Assembly (NCBI GenBank): GCA_963812695.1
Contig: CAWEWD010000006.1
Coordinates: 16,555-80,554 of the forward strand
Direction of reading: 5' to 3'
DNA length: 64,000 nucleotides
Source: an uncultured Actinomycetes bacterium
GTDB taxonomy: Bacteria; Actinomycetota; Thermoleophilia; Gaiellales; Gaiellaceae
In this document: piece by piece, positions 17,366-28,148 of the stretch
Layout: each line of letters starts with the position of its first letter
How positions within the stretch are numbered: the first letter of the stretch is position 1
Notes under the pieces: model-generated
Told to the model about the DNA's origin: nothing
Databases searched by the model: none
The model's input: the letters and a program-made list of their open reading frames with translations, nothing else
Position numbers and translations under genes: made by a program

Positions 17366-18351
17366 CCGCCGATCTGCGACATCGAGCGCGACGCCCGCAC
17401 GAAGCCGGGCTCGTTGATCTTGTGCTTCAGCTCCTTGTGGCGGACCGCGAAGCGGAGCAGGTCGCGCAGGTCGTCGTCGCTCGCGCCCGCGCGCAGCGGC
17501 TCCTTCAGATCCCACTCGCGTCGGGAGAAGAGGCAGGTGCGGAGCTGGCCGTCGGCGGTCAGGCGGATCCGGTCGCAGCTCGAGCAGAACGGCTCCGAGA
17601 CCGGGTTCACGAACCCGATCTCGCCCGCGCCGTCGGCGAAGCGGAAGCGGCGGGCGGTCGACGACGCCTTCGCCGGGATCTCGACGAGCGGCCAGTGCTC
17701 CTCGATCAGCGCGCGGATCTCATCGCCCGTCAGCACCTCGTCGTCGCGCCACGCCTCGTCCGCGTCGAGCGGCATGAACTCGATGAAGCGGACGACGTAC
17801 GGCTTGCGCCTCGCGAGCTCGGCCAGCGCCGGAACCTCCTGCTCGGTGAAGCCCTTGATCGCCACGCAGTTGACCTTGATCGGGCGGAGCTCCGGATAGC
17901 GCTCGGCCTCGGCCAGGCCCGCGAGCACGCGGTCGAGTGCGTCGCGGCGGGTGATCTCCGCGAACCGGACGTGCGACAGGGAGTCGAGCGAGACGTTGAG
18001 GCGCGTCAGCCCCGCTTCGACGAGTGGGCCGGCGAGGCGGTCGAGGAGCACGCCGTTCGTCGTCAGCGAGAGGTCGCGCACGCCTTCGGTGTTCGCGAGC
18101 AGTTCGACCAGCACGGGCAGCTCGCGCCGTACGAGCGGCTCGCCTCCGGTCAGCCGGACCTCGTCGACACCCATCGAGGCGAGCACGCCGACCAGCCGCT
18201 GGATCTCCTCGAACGTGAGGAGCTCGTCGCGGGGGAGCCACTCGAGCCCCTCGGCGGGCATGCAGTAGCGGCACCTGAAGTTGCACTTGTCGGTGACCGA
18301 GACCCGCAGGCTGCGGATCTCCCGTCCCCAGGAATCTGTAAGTGGCTCCAC
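17362..18351 (-). CDS. moaA: GTP 3',8-cyclase MoaA (radical SAM)
   Basis: CNFRCRYC radical-SAM cluster and C-terminal CSSCDRIRLTADG cluster. GTG 18351. The upstream 168 codons of the ORF are Arg/Ala/Pro noise. Confidence 0.9.
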   Translation of the reverse strand: MEPLTDSWGREIRSLRVSVTDKCNFRCRYCMPAEGLEWLPRDELLTFEEIQRLVGVLASMGVDEVRLTGGEPLVRRELPVLVELLANTEGVRDLSLTTNGVLLDRLAGPLVEAGLTRLNVSLDSLSHVRFAEITRRDALDRVLAGLAEAERYPELRPIKVNCVAIKGFTEQEVPALAELARRKPYVVRFIEFMPLDADEAWRDDEVLTGDEIRALIEEHWPLVEIPAKASSTARRFRFADGAGEIGFVNPVSEPFCSSCDRIRLTADGQLRTCLFSRREWDLKEPLRAGASDDDLRDLLRFAVRHKELKHKINEPGFVRASRSMSQIGG

Positions 18352-18389
18352 GCTCCGGAGGTTACCGACCGACTCGTTAGGGTCGGGCC

Positions 18390-18857
18390 GTGTCTCTGAT
18401 CGAGGACTGGCTGCCCGAGTTCGACGTCGTGAAGCGGTACGACGCCGCGGTCGCCGCGGCTCCGGAGCACGCGCTCGACCTCGTCCTGGCCGCGCCCGTG
18501 GCGCCCGACCGGACGGTCGGCGCGCTCCTCGCGCTGCGCGGGATGCCCGCCCGTGACCGGACGGTGGAGGAGTACCTGCGGGCGCTCGACTTCGAGCACC
18601 TCGGGCGCACGCCGACCGAGTGGGCGGCTGCGCATGACGGCAGACGGCTGAAGATCGCGATCGCGTTCGAGGCCGAGCCGATTCCGGGCGGCTCGCGGCT
18701 CGCGACCGAGACGCGCGTCCGGACGCTCGACGATCGCGCTCGCCGCCGGTTCGGCATCTACTGGCTCGCGATCGGCCCGTTCTCGGCGCTGATCCGCCGC
18801 CGTTGGCTCGCGGCCGCGACGGCGTCGGCGAAGCGTTCGGCAGCGCCTTCCGCATAG
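18390..18857 (+). CDS. Conserved hypothetical protein
   Basis: 155 aa. GC3-rich and not low-complexity. I do not recognise the family. Confidence 0.55.
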   Translation: MSLIEDWLPEFDVVKRYDAAVAAAPEHALDLVLAAPVAPDRTVGALLALRGMPARDRTVEEYLRALDFEHLGRTPTEWAAAHDGRRLKIAIAFEAEPIPGGSRLATETRVRTLDDRARRRFGIYWLAIGPFSALIRRRWLAAATASAKRSAAPSA

Positions 18858-19628
18858 CCGAGGTAGAGCGACGGCTCGGTCAGCTCGACCTCGAGTAGCA
18901 GGGGGCCTGGGAGCAGGTCGACTCGTGCATACAAGAGTTGGCCGCGCTGGAAAGGGACGGTGTTCAGCGCCTGCTCAGCGAGTGCGAGCTCACCAGCGGA
19001 AGGCTCTGTCGCGCTGATCCGCTCTTCGACATACAGCCCTTCGCCCGGATCGCCCCCGCGGGGCAGTAACGCAGCCTTCCGGACGCAGTGCGAGAACTCC
19101 CCGCCCACAAACATGAGCGCGATCTCGCCTCTGTGGTCGACCGCCTCGAGGTACGGCTGCACCATCACCGTCTTTCCGGCGGCGTGCAGCCGATCGACGT
19201 GTTCCCGGGCTCGCTCGTCGCCGGCGTCGTAGCGCGCGGCTCCGATCGAGCCTGCGCCGACGGACGGCTTGACGACGAACGCAGCTATGGGTGGCGCGAA
19301 CGGCTCACCCGGCGCCACGAACGACGTCGGAACGGCGTCCCGCGCGAGCGTGGCGAGATAGCGCTTGTCCGTGTTCCAGCGCAGCACTTCCGGCGCGTTG
19401 AGTACCCGCGGGACCGATCCCGCCCACCTGAGGAACGCGTTCCTCCGATCCGGGTAGTCCCAGGTCGATCGGACGACCACGAGGTCGAAGTCGGCCCAGC
19501 GGACGCGTTCGTCGTCCCACACGGTGGGGGTGGCCTCCACGCCGCGCGAGGCGAGCGCCTCGATCAGCGGCAGGGCATCCTCGTCGCCCGCGCGGGACCT
19601 CTGCGCATGTCGCGAGAGCTACCCGCAG
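18758..19628 (-). CDS. ATP-grasp domain protein (RimK-like); frame interrupted near 19590
   Basis: VEATPTVWDDERVRWADFDLVVVRSTWDY...VVKPSVGAGS. The N-terminal strand LRVALATCAEVPRG lies in another frame with only a CTG start (19628). Confidence 0.65.
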
Positions 19629-19632
19629 GGCG

Positions 19633-20721
19633 CTAGAACGTCCACTCGCCGTTCTCCTGGACGACCTCGCCGTCGAGCTCGATCCGGCCGCCGTCGCGCA
19701 GGTCCTTGACCATGTCCCAGTGCGTGGCTGACTGATTCTTCCCGCCCGCGATCGGGATGCCCGCCCCGATCGCCAGATGGATCGTCCCGTAGATCTTCTC
19801 GTCGAAGAGCGTGTTCCGCATGTGCTGTTGGATGCCCGGGTTGCAGCCGATCCCGAACTCGCCGAGCACCCGGGCGCCCTCGTCGATGTCGAGCGCGCGC
19901 ATGAGCACGTCCTCGTTCGACGTCGCCGAGGCCTCGACGACGCGTCCGCCCTCGTAGCGCATGCGCACGCCGTCGACGACGTCCGGCTCCTGCACAGCCG
20001 GGAACTCCGAGAAGCTGACGACGCCCTCGGTCGAGTCCTCGACCGGACAGTAGAAGACTTCGCCGCCCGGCATGTTCATGTGCCCGTCGTCGACCTCGCC
20101 CTCGCGGCCGGCGATGCTGAACCGCAGGTCGGTCTCGTGGCCGACGATCCGCACCTCCTCGGCGGGATCGAAGCGCTCCTTGATCCGCTTCATCTTCTCG
20201 CCCTCGGCGTCCCAGTCGAGGAGCACCGCGCCGAAGAGGAAGTCCTCGAAGTCGCGCAGGCTCATACCCGCCTCCTGGGCCAGCGCCGGAGTGGGGTAGC
20301 GGCACGTGACCCATGGGATGCCGAGGGCGAGCCGGCGAGCGATCAGCGGGCGGGCGCCCTTCATGATCGCCTCCTGTTGCTCACGGGGCAGCCCGACGCC
20401 GTCGCGGGTGTTCTCGGGCGCGCCCACGCGGATCCAGGCGTCGCACTCGTCCTCGATCTTGACGCGGAGTGGGGAGCGCTCGGCGACGAGCTCCGGCGGC
20501 GCGGTGTCGGCCCAGATCGTCTCGAAGGGCCAGAAGTCCATGCCCGAGAAGCTGAGCTGGACGACCGGAACCGCCTTCCGCCGCCCGATCGCCCGGATGA
20601 TCTCCTCGATCAGCGGCCTGGCGTGGGTGCTGCCGACGACGACGACCTCCCAGCCGGGCTGGACGTCGACGCAGCGCTCGACGAGAAGACGTGCGTACTG
20701 CTCGATGCGTGGATCAGCCAC
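19633..20721 (-). CDS. Aminopeptidase, M29 (AmpS/PepS) family
   Basis: 362 aa. HMNMPGGEVF, GEFGIGCNPG and IHLAIG are typical of thermophilic metalloprotease M29. Confidence 0.85.
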   Translation of the reverse strand: MADPRIEQYARLLVERCVDVQPGWEVVVVGSTHARPLIEEIIRAIGRRKAVPVVQLSFSGMDFWPFETIWADTAPPELVAERSPLRVKIEDECDAWIRVGAPENTRDGVGLPREQQEAIMKGARPLIARRLALGIPWVTCRYPTPALAQEAGMSLRDFEDFLFGAVLLDWDAEGEKMKRIKERFDPAEEVRIVGHETDLRFSIAGREGEVDDGHMNMPGGEVFYCPVEDSTEGVVSFSEFPAVQEPDVVDGVRMRYEGGRVVEASATSNEDVLMRALDIDEGARVLGEFGIGCNPGIQQHMRNTLFDEKIYGTIHLAIGAGIPIAGGKNQSATHWDMVKDLRDGGRIELDGEVVQENGEWTF

Positions 20722-20729
20722 GATTCCCC

Positions 20730-20750
20730 CTTGCTATAGTCAGACTTAGA
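20730..20750. promoter_or_regulatory. Degenerate HAIR-like (HspR operator) inverted repeat upstream of dnaK
   Basis: CTTGCTA-tagtcag-ACTTAGA against the consensus CTTGAGT-N7-ACTCAAG. AT-rich leader with AAAGGAG SD at 20771-20777. Confidence 0.4.
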
Positions 20751-20785
20751 TTTTTTCCAAACCAGGGACTAAAGGAGCAAAACAC

Positions 20786-22705
20786 ATGGCGAAGACCATT
20801 GGAATCGACCTCGGAACGACCAACAGCTGCATGGCCGTGCTCGAGGGCGGTGAGCCTACCGTCATTCCGAACGCCGAGGGCGGCCGCACGACGCCGTCCG
20901 TGGTCGCGTTCACGAAGGACGGCCAGCGGCTCGTCGGCCCTCCGGCGAAGCGCCAGCAGGTGACGAACCCGCAGAACACGATCTTCTCGATCAAGCGCTT
21001 CATGGGCCGCAAGTTCGGCGAGGTCTCGGAGGAGATGAAGATCGTCCCCTACGAGGTCGCGCAGGGCGAGAACGGCGACGTGCGCGTCGAGGCCGAGGGC
21101 AAGGAGTACGCACCGCCGGAGATCTCGGCGATGATCCTCCAGAAGCTGAAGACGGACGCCGAGGCGTACCTCGGCGAGCCGGTCACCGACGCCGTGGTCA
21201 CCGTCCCGGCCTACTTCAACAACGCACAGCGCGAGGCGACGAAGGACGCCGGCAAGATCGCGGGCCTCAACGTCGTCCGCATCATCAACGAGCCGACCGC
21301 CGCCGCGCTGGCCTACGGGCTCGACAAGGAGAGCACCGACCAGACGATCCTCGTGTTCGACCTCGGCGGCGGGACATTCGACGTCTCGATCCTCGAGCTC
21401 GGCGACGGCGTCTTCGAGGTGAAGGCCACGAACGGCGACAACCATCTCGGTGGCGACAACTTCGACAAGGCGATCGTCGACTGGATGGTCGCCGAGTTCA
21501 AGAAGGACCAGGGCATCGACCTCGCCGTCGACAAGATGGCGCTCCAGCGCCTCTACGAGGCGGCCGAGAAGGCGAAGATCGAGCTCTCGTCGACGATGAC
21601 GACGCAGATCAACCTGCCGTTCATCACCGCGACGCAGGAAGGGCCGAAGCACCTCGACCTCCAGCTCACGCGCGCGAAGCTGAACGAGCTGACCGCCGAC
21701 CTCCTCAAGCGGACGGTCGAGCCCACGAAGCAGGCGCTCGCCGACGCGGCCCTCGACCCGAGCGCGATCGACCACGTCGTCCTGGTCGGCGGCATGACCC
21801 GCATGCCGGCCGTCGTCGACGAGGTCAAGGAGCTGATCGGCAAGGATCCGCACAAGGGCGTCAACCCGGACGAGGTCGTCGCCGTCGGCGCGGCCATCCA
21901 GGGCGGCGTCCTCAGAGGCGAGGTCAAGGACGTGCTCCTGCTCGACGTGACTCCGCTCTCGCTCGGCATCGAGACGAAGGGCGGTGTCTTCACGAAGCTG
22001 ATCGACCGCAACACGACGATCCCGACGAAGAAGTCGGAGGTCTTCTCGACGGCCGAGGACAACCAGCCGTCGGTCGAGATCCACGTCGCGCAGGGCGAGT
22101 CCGAGATGGTCGCCTTCAACAAGACGCTCGGCAAGTTCCAGCTCGTCGGCATCCCGCCGGCGCCGCGGGGCATGCCTCAGGTCGAGGTCGGCTTCGACAT
22201 CGACGCGAACGGGATCATCCACGTCTCGGCAAAGGACCTCGGCACGGGGAACGAGCAGCAGATCAAGATCGAGGGCGGCTCGGGCCTGAGCGAGGACGAG
22301 GTGCAGCGGATGATGAAGGACGCCGACTCGCACCGCGACGAAGCCCACAAGCTGCGCGAGCTCGCGGACGCCCGGAACATGGCCGAGCAGCTCGCGTACC
22401 AGACCGAGCGCACGCTCTCCGAGCACCGCGACAAGCTCGACGAGTCCGAGGCCTCGACGATCGAGGGCCGGATCATGGAGCTGAAGGGCGTGCTCGAGAG
22501 CTCGGACGTGAACGAGATCCGCGAGAAGACTCAGGCGCTCCAGGACGCGTCGCAGAAGCTCGCAGAGGCCGTCTATGCCCAGGCGACCGCGCAGCAGGCG
22601 CAGTCGGCTCCCGGCGGCGACAACGGCGCCGAGTCGTCCGATGACGAGGTCGTCGAGGAAGGCGACTACGAAGTCATCGACGAGGAGGAGGCCAAGACCT
22701 CGTAA
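20786..22705 (+). CDS. dnaK: Chaperone DnaK (Hsp70)
   Basis: 639 aa. [18 protein letters not shown], acidic C-terminus. Confidence 0.98.
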   Translation: MAKTIGIDLGTTNSCMAVLEGGEPTVIPNAEGGRTTPSVVAFTKDGQRLVGPPAKRQQVTNPQNTIFSIKRFMGRKFGEVSEEMKIVPYEVAQGENGDVRVEAEGKEYAPPEISAMILQKLKTDAEAYLGEPVTDAVVTVPAYFNNAQREATKDAGKIAGLNVVRIINEPTAAALAYGLDKESTDQTILVFDLGGGTFDVSILELGDGVFEVKATNGDNHLGGDNFDKAIVDWMVAEFKKDQGIDLAVDKMALQRLYEAAEKAKIELSSTMTTQINLPFITATQEGPKHLDLQLTRAKLNELTADLLKRTVEPTKQALADAALDPSAIDHVVLVGGMTRMPAVVDEVKELIGKDPHKGVNPDEVVAVGAAIQGGVLRGEVKDVLLLDVTPLSLGIETKGGVFTKLIDRNTTIPTKKSEVFSTAEDNQPSVEIHVAQGESEMVAFNKTLGKFQLVGIPPAPRGMPQVEVGFDIDANGIIHVSAKDLGTGNEQQIKIEGGSGLSEDEVQRMMKDADSHRDEAHKLRELADARNMAEQLAYQTERTLSEHRDKLDESEASTIEGRIMELKGVLESSDVNEIREKTQALQDASQKLAEAVYAQATAQQAQSAPGGDNGAESSDDEVVEEGDYEVIDEEEAKTS

Positions 22706-23223
22706 TGCCTGAGGAGCTCGAGAACCACGAAATCGAGGAGGCCTCTCCCGAGGTCGACGAGCTGGAAGCGCTTCGGAACGAGAACGAGGCTCTGATCGAC
22801 ACGCTCCAGCGGCTCCAGGCCGACTTCGACAACTACCGCAAGCGGGCCGCGCGCGACCAGGAGAGCCTCGTCGCGCGGGCCGGCGAGCGGATCGTCAACG
22901 GGCTTCTGCCGATCCTCGACGACCTCGAGCGCGCGCTCGAGGCCGCAGAGCAGCACGAGGAGGCGAAGCTCGAGGACGGCGTCCGGCTCGTCCACCGCCA
23001 GCTCGAGCAGCTGCTCGAGAAAGAGGGCCTGGCCCCCGTCGAGACCGACGGCCGGTTCGACCCGCACGTCCACGAAGCGCTGCTGACCCAGCCCTCGGAC
23101 GCCGACGAGGGCTCCGTGATCGAGGTGCTCCAGAAGGGCTACCGCCTAGGCGACCGCGTCCTGCGCCCGGCGAGGGTGGTGGTCGCGGGGCCGAAGGAGG
23201 AGCCGGGTGGCGACCCGCTCTAA
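22705..23223 (+). CDS. grpE: Nucleotide exchange factor GrpE
   Basis: ATG overlaps the dnaK stop (TAATG). DFDNYRKR motif. Confidence 0.95.
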   Translation: MPEELENHEIEEASPEVDELEALRNENEALIDTLQRLQADFDNYRKRAARDQESLVARAGERIVNGLLPILDDLERALEAAEQHEEAKLEDGVRLVHRQLEQLLEKEGLAPVETDGRFDPHVHEALLTQPSDADEGSVIEVLQKGYRLGDRVLRPARVVVAGPKEEPGGDPL

Positions 23224-24283
23224 GGACCTGTACGACGCGCTCGGCGTCTCGCGGGGCGCGTCGCAGGACGAGATCAAGAAGGCGTACCGCAAGCTCGTCC
23301 GCCAGTACCACCCGGACAAGAACCCGGGCGACAAGGAGGCCGAGGAGCGCTTCAAGGAGATCCAGGGGGCCTACGACGTCCTCTCCGACGCCGACAAGCG
23401 CAAGCAGTACGACGCATTCGGCTCCGCTGACGGGCGTCCGGGCGGATTTCCCGGTGGGGGCGGTGGGCCCGGCGGGTTCAACTTCGACTTCGGCGACATC
23501 TCCGACCTGTTCGGAGGCTTCGGCGACCGGTTCGGAGGCGGCCGCGCGCGTCAGCCGTCCGGTCGCGGCGCCGATGTCCAGGCGCGCGTCACGCTCTCGT
23601 TCGAGGACTCGCTCCAGGGCGTCGAGACGCAGATTCCGGTCGAGCTCGACGCCACCTGCCGCGAATGCGGCGGCTCCGGCGCACAGCCCGGCACGGCGCC
23701 GATCGTCTGCCCGGAGTGCCGTGGCCGGGGCGTGGTCACCGAGAGCCAGGGCCTCTTCGGTCTCTCGCACACGTGCCCGCGCTGCCGCGGAAATGGCACC
23801 GTGATCGAGAAGCCGTGCTCGCGCTGCCACGGCACGGGTCGCGAGCGGCGAACGAGGCGGTACAAGGTGAAGATCCCCGCCGGCGTCAAGAACGGGACGC
23901 AGATCCGGCTCAAGGGCAAGGGCGAGCCCGGCTACGGCGGCGGACCGGCAGGCGATTTGATCGTCGTGACTCGTGTGGCGGATTCGCCGCTCTACAAGCG
24001 GCGCGGCGCGGACCTCGAAATCGAGGTCCCGGTGACGTTCGCCGACGCGGCGCTCGGGGCGAAGGTCGAGGTGCCGACACCCGGTGGGCCGGTGTCGCTG
24101 AAGGTTCCGGCCGGCTCGGAGAGCGGCAAGCTGCTGCGGATCAAGGGCCGCGGCGCGCCGAAGCTGAAGGGCAGCGGCAAGGGAGATGTCCTCGCGCGCC
24201 TGACGATCGCGGTTCCGAAGAAGCCGAACAAGAAGGAGCGCGAGCTGCTCGAGGAGCTCCGGAAGGTGCAGAAGGCCCGATGA
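23207..24283 (+). CDS. dnaJ: Co-chaperone DnaJ
   Basis: J-domain with HPD (YHPDKNP), G/F region, four CxxCxGxG zinc-finger repeats. GTG start after GAAGGAGGAG. Confidence 0.95.
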   Translation: MATRSKDLYDALGVSRGASQDEIKKAYRKLVRQYHPDKNPGDKEAEERFKEIQGAYDVLSDADKRKQYDAFGSADGRPGGFPGGGGGPGGFNFDFGDISDLFGGFGDRFGGGRARQPSGRGADVQARVTLSFEDSLQGVETQIPVELDATCRECGGSGAQPGTAPIVCPECRGRGVVTESQGLFGLSHTCPRCRGNGTVIEKPCSRCHGTGRERRTRRYKVKIPAGVKNGTQIRLKGKGEPGYGGGPAGDLIVVTRVADSPLYKRRGADLEIEVPVTFADAALGAKVEVPTPGGPVSLKVPAGSESGKLLRIKGRGAPKLKGSGKGDVLARLTIAVPKKPNKKERELLEELRKVQKAR

Positions 24284-24531
24284 GCCTCTGGATCGTCCTC
24301 GTCGTCTGGGGTGTCCTGCTGGCCGTCGGGCTCGGTGCCCTGGCGCTCATCAACCTCCATGCTGACGAGCCCCGGACGAGGAGCACCCAGCTCGTCTCGG
24401 TCCTCGTCGTCATTGCGCTGATGACCGCGGCCTTCGCCGTCGCGGGCTTCTGGGGGGCTGCGGTGATCCTCGTTCTGGCGATCGGCGTGGAGGCGGTGCA
24501 GCTCATGCGGCGCCGAGGGCGATCGACATGA
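24280..24531 (+). CDS. Small membrane protein (83 aa) inside the dnaK operon
   Basis: ATGA overlaps at both ends (dnaJ stop, hspR start). 2-3 hydrophobic helices. GC3-rich. Confidence 0.6.
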   Translation: MSLWIVLVVWGVLLAVGLGALALINLHADEPRTRSTQLVSVLVVIALMTAAFAVAGFWGAAVILVLAIGVEAVQLMRRRGRST

Positions 24532-24914
24532 GCGACGGCACGCCCCGCTACATGATCAGCGTCGCCGCCGACCTCGTCGGGATGCACCCGCAGACGCTCC
24601 GCATCTACGAGGCGAAGGGCCTCGTCACCCCGCAGCGGACCGCGGGCAACACGCGTCTCTACTCGGACGCCGACCTCGAGCGGCTGCGTCTCATCCAGCA
24701 GCTGACGACCGAGCTCGGGCTCAACCTCGCCGGCGTCGAGCACGTGATCCGGCTCGAGGAGCAGATCCGCCGCATGCAGCGGACGATGGAGCGTCTCGAG
24801 CGCGACATGCGCGAGGCGATCGCCCATGTGCACAGGCAGTACCGCCGCGACCTCGTTCCCTACGACCCCACGGGCTCCGCGCTCGTGCCGAGGACATGGA
24901 CTTCCAGAGGCTGA
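24528..24914 (+). CDS. hspR: Heat-shock repressor HspR (MerR family)
   Basis: MerR-type [29 protein letters not shown]. Position after dnaJ is typical for Actinobacteria. Confidence 0.9.
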   Translation: MSDGTPRYMISVAADLVGMHPQTLRIYEAKGLVTPQRTAGNTRLYSDADLERLRLIQQLTTELGLNLAGVEHVIRLEEQIRRMQRTMERLERDMREAIAHVHRQYRRDLVPYDPTGSALVPRTWTSRG

Positions 24915-27367
24915 CCGTCAAGTCCCAGGAGGCGATCGCCGCCGCGCAGGAGCTCGCGCGCCGCCGCGGCAACCCGGAGATCGTTCCCGAGCACCTGCTG
25001 CTCGCGCTGCTCGACCAGGAGCTGCCGCAGACGCTGCTCGGGGAGCAGGCGGCCGAGGTGCGGGCGAAGGCGGAGGCCGATCTCGCGCGGCTGCCGTCGC
25101 TCCAGGGCGCGGCGCAGCAGCCCGGCGCATCGACGGCGTTCTCCCGCGTCCTCGACCGCGCCGAGGAGGAGATGCGCAAGCTCGAGGACGAATTCATCTC
25201 GACGGAGCACCTGCTGCTCGCGCTCGACGTCGTTCCGCGCGACGAGCTGCTCGCGAAGCTGAAGGACGTGCGCGGCGGCCAGCGCGTCACGTCCCAGGAC
25301 CCGGAAGGCACGTACCAGGCGCTCGAGAAGTTCGGCCGCGACCTGACCGAGCTCGCCGAGCAGGGCAAGCTCGACCCGGTCATCGGCCGTGACGAGGAGA
25401 TCCGGCGGGTGATCCAGGTGCTCTCTCGCCGAACGAAGAACAACCCGGTGCTGATCGGCGACCCCGGAGTGGGGAAGACCGCGATCGTCGAGGGCCTGGC
25501 ACAGCGGATCGTCGCCGGCGACGTGCCCGAGGGGCTGAAGGGCAAGCGCGTCTGGGCGCTCGACATCGGGGCGCTGCTGGCCGGCTCGAAGTATCGCGGC
25601 GAGTTCGAGGAACGCATCAAGGCCGTGCTCGCCGAGATCAAGAACGCGGAGGGCGAGATCGTCCTCTTCATCGACGAGCTGCACACGATCGTCGGCGCAG
25701 GCGCGGCCGAGGGCGCCGTCGACGCGGCGAACCTGCTCAAGCCGATGCTCGCCCGCGGCGAGCTGCGCGCGATCGGCGCGACGACGCTCGACGAGTACCG
25801 CAAGCACATCGAGAAGGACGCGGCGCTCGAGCGGCGCTTCCAGCCCGTCTTCGTCGGCGAGCCGTCCGTCTCGGACACGATCGCGATCCTGCGCGGGCTG
25901 AAGGAGCGCTACGAGGCGCACCACGGCGTGCGCATTCGCGACGCGGCACTGGTCGCAGCCGCCGTTCTCTCCGACCGCTACATCTCCGACCGGCAGCTGC
26001 CGGACAAGGCGATCGACCTCATCGACGAGGCCGGGTCGCGCCTGCGTATGGAGATCGACTCGGCGCCGCTCGAGCTCGACGAAGCCGAGCGCCGCGTCCG
26101 CCAGCTCGAGATCGAGCTGGCGGCGATGGGCAAGGAGTCGAAGGAGCGCCGCGAGCCGGTCGAGCGCGAGCTGTCGGAGGCCAAGAGCCTGCGCGACGAG
26201 CTCGCCGCGCGCTGGTCGCGCGAGAAGGAGGCGCTCGACCGAGTCAGCGAGATCAAGCGGCGGATCGACGAGCTGCGCATGGAGGCCGAGCGGGCCGAGC
26301 GGCACGGCGAGCTCCAGCGCGTGGCCGAGATCCGCTACGGCGAGCTGCCGGAGCTGGAGCGTGAGCTCGAGGAGCGCGCCGAGCCCGAAGGCGAGCCGAT
26401 GGTCAAGGAAGAGGTCGACGAGGACGACGTCGCCGAGGTCGTCGCGCGCTGGACGGGGATTCCGGTCTCACGGCTCCTCGAGGGCGAGACCGAGAAGCTG
26501 ATCCACATGGAGGAGCGGCTGCACCAGCGCGTGGTCGGACAGGACAAGGCCGTCGAGGCCGTGGCCAATGCGCTCAGGCGGGCGCGCTCCGGTCTCCAGG
26601 ACCCGAACCGCCCGATCGGCTCGTTCGTCTTCCTCGGCCCGACGGGAGTGGGGAAGACCGAGCTCGCCCGCGCGCTCGCCGAGTTCATGTTCGACGACGA
26701 CCGCGCCATGGTCCGGCTGGACATGTCCGAGTACCAGGAGAAGCACACGGTCTCGCGGCTCGTCGGCGCCCCGCCGGGCTACGTGGGCTTCGAGGAGGGC
26801 GGCCAGCTGACCGAGGCAGTTCGGCGTCGCCCGTACTCGGTCGTCCTGCTCGACGAGATCGAGAAGGCGCATCCGGAGGTGTTCAACATCCTGCTCCAGG
26901 TGCTCGACGACGGGCGCCTGACCGACGGCCAGGGCCGCACCGTCGACTTCCGGAACACGGTGCTGATCATGACCTCGAACGTGCCGAACGAGGCTGCGAT
27001 GCGCGAGACGTTCCGGCCCGAGTTCCTCAACCGGATCGACGAGATCGTCGAGTTCGAGCCGCTGACCCGCGACCAGATCGGCGAGATCGTCGAGCTCCAG
27101 CTCGCGCGCCTGCGCGCCCGCCTCGCGGAGCGTGGCCTGTCTCTCGAGCTGACCGACGCTGCGCAGGAGCATCTCGCCGAGGCAGGCTGGGATCCGACCT
27201 ACGGAGCGCGTCCGCTGAAGCGAGCAATCCAGCGCCTGGTCGAGAATCCGCTGGCGCTGCGGCTCCTCGAGGGCGAGTTCGAGGAGGGCGACACCGTGGG
27301 GGTGGACGTGGTCGGCGGCGAGCTGACATTCGAGCGAGCAGTCCAGTCGGCACCCGCACCAGCCTGA
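24896..27367 (+). CDS. clpB: ATP-dependent disaggregase ClpB
   Basis: 823 aa. Two AAA modules ([16 protein letters not shown]) and a coiled-coil M-domain. Starts 19 nt inside hspR. Confidence 0.95.
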   Translation: MDFQRLTVKSQEAIAAAQELARRRGNPEIVPEHLLLALLDQELPQTLLGEQAAEVRAKAEADLARLPSLQGAAQQPGASTAFSRVLDRAEEEMRKLEDEFISTEHLLLALDVVPRDELLAKLKDVRGGQRVTSQDPEGTYQALEKFGRDLTELAEQGKLDPVIGRDEEIRRVIQVLSRRTKNNPVLIGDPGVGKTAIVEGLAQRIVAGDVPEGLKGKRVWALDIGALLAGSKYRGEFEERIKAVLAEIKNAEGEIVLFIDELHTIVGAGAAEGAVDAANLLKPMLARGELRAIGATTLDEYRKHIEKDAALERRFQPVFVGEPSVSDTIAILRGLKERYEAHHGVRIRDAALVAAAVLSDRYISDRQLPDKAIDLIDEAGSRLRMEIDSAPLELDEAERRVRQLEIELAAMGKESKERREPVERELSEAKSLRDELAARWSREKEALDRVSEIKRRIDELRMEAERAERHGELQRVAEIRYGELPELERELEERAEPEGEPMVKEEVDEDDVAEVVARWTGIPVSRLLEGETEKLIHMEERLHQRVVGQDKAVEAVANALRRARSGLQDPNRPIGSFVFLGPTGVGKTELARALAEFMFDDDRAMVRLDMSEYQEKHTVSRLVGAPPGYVGFEEGGQLTEAVRRRPYSVVLLDEIEKAHPEVFNILLQVLDDGRLTDGQGRTVDFRNTVLIMTSNVPNEAAMRETFRPEFLNRIDEIVEFEPLTRDQIGEIVELQLARLRARLAERGLSLELTDAAQEHLAEAGWDPTYGARPLKRAIQRLVENPLALRLLEGEFEEGDTVGVDVVGGELTFERAVQSAPAPA

Positions 27368-27369
27368 CG

Positions 27370-27669
27370 ATGAGCACGATCGTCGCGCCGGCCGAGGTCG
27401 AGGTCCAGGAGCCCGTGTCGGGCGAGGACGTCGAGTACGACCGCCCGTGGGTGGTGATCGTCTGGAATGACCCGATCAACCTCATGTCGTACGTCACGCT
27501 CGTCTTCCAGAAGCTCTTCGGGTTCAGCATCCAGAAGGCGACGCACCTCATGCTCCAGGTGCACAACGAGGGCAAGGCGGTCGTCTCCAGCGGAAACCGC
27601 GAGAAGTCCGAGCTCGACGTGGCGCGCCTGCACGCGCACGGGCTCTGGGCGACGATGCAGCAGGACTGA
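27370..27669 (+). CDS. clpS: Clp protease adaptor ClpS
   Basis: 99 aa. [14 protein letters not shown]...[16 protein letters not shown]. Confidence 0.9.
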   Translation: MSTIVAPAEVEVQEPVSGEDVEYDRPWVVIVWNDPINLMSYVTLVFQKLFGFSIQKATHLMLQVHNEGKAVVSSGNREKSELDVARLHAHGLWATMQQD

Positions 27670-28134
27670 GTGCTCTCTCGACGGCAGTTCCAGCGCAGGG
27701 GCGACACGGTGCAGCTGCGGCTCGACGTGCATGAGCGGCTTCTCCTGAGCGACCTCCTCGACGAGCTCGAGGGCCTGCTCGACGACTCGGACGACCCCGA
27801 GCTCCGACGTCTGTTTCCGCCCGCGTACTCGGATCGCGCCGACGACGAGCAGTACCGGTCGCTCGTCCGTGATCAGCTCGTCTCGGGCCGAGCCAAGGCC
27901 CTGGCGACGGTCCGCAAGACGCTCGCCGGCGAGACGCTCGACCTCGAGCAGGCGGACCAGTGGCTGCGAGCGTTGAACGACATGCGCCTCGTGCTCGGGA
28001 CGCGCTGGGACGTGACCGAGGAGCTGGACTACGGGAAGCTCGAGCTGAACGACCCGCGTGGCCGCGAGCTCGCGGTCTACGGCTACCTGTCGTGGCTCCA
28101 GGAGCAGTTGGTCGAGGCGCTGCAGCCCACCTAG
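27670..28134 (+). CDS. DUF2017-like protein (ClpS-associated in Actinobacteria)
   Basis: 154 aa. GTG immediately follows the clpS stop. Acidic helical protein; family assignment is from memory. Confidence 0.65.
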   Translation: MLSRRQFQRRGDTVQLRLDVHERLLLSDLLDELEGLLDDSDDPELRRLFPPAYSDRADDEQYRSLVRDQLVSGRAKALATVRKTLAGETLDLEQADQWLRALNDMRLVLGTRWDVTEELDYGKLELNDPRGRELAVYGYLSWLQEQLVEALQPT

Positions 28135-28148
28135 ATACGGTCCCGCGC

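Noticed and set aside
17362-18855. Long N-terminal extensions on moaA (168 aa), and similarly on psuG (29100-30653), the PfkB kinase (29981-30970), pgsA, the ABC permease (6476-8176) and the M3-like peptidase (4644-6536)
   Set aside because: The extensions are Arg/Ala/Pro/Gly-rich low-complexity sequence. They overlap genes supported on the other strand or upstream, and conserved N-termini with plausible starts lie downstream.
20714-22426. 570-aa ORF antisense to dnaK
   Set aside because: It mirrors a GC3-rich gene. Its composition is dominated by Arg/Leu/Asp/Val/Glu, it has no motifs, and the opposite strand is unambiguous DnaK.
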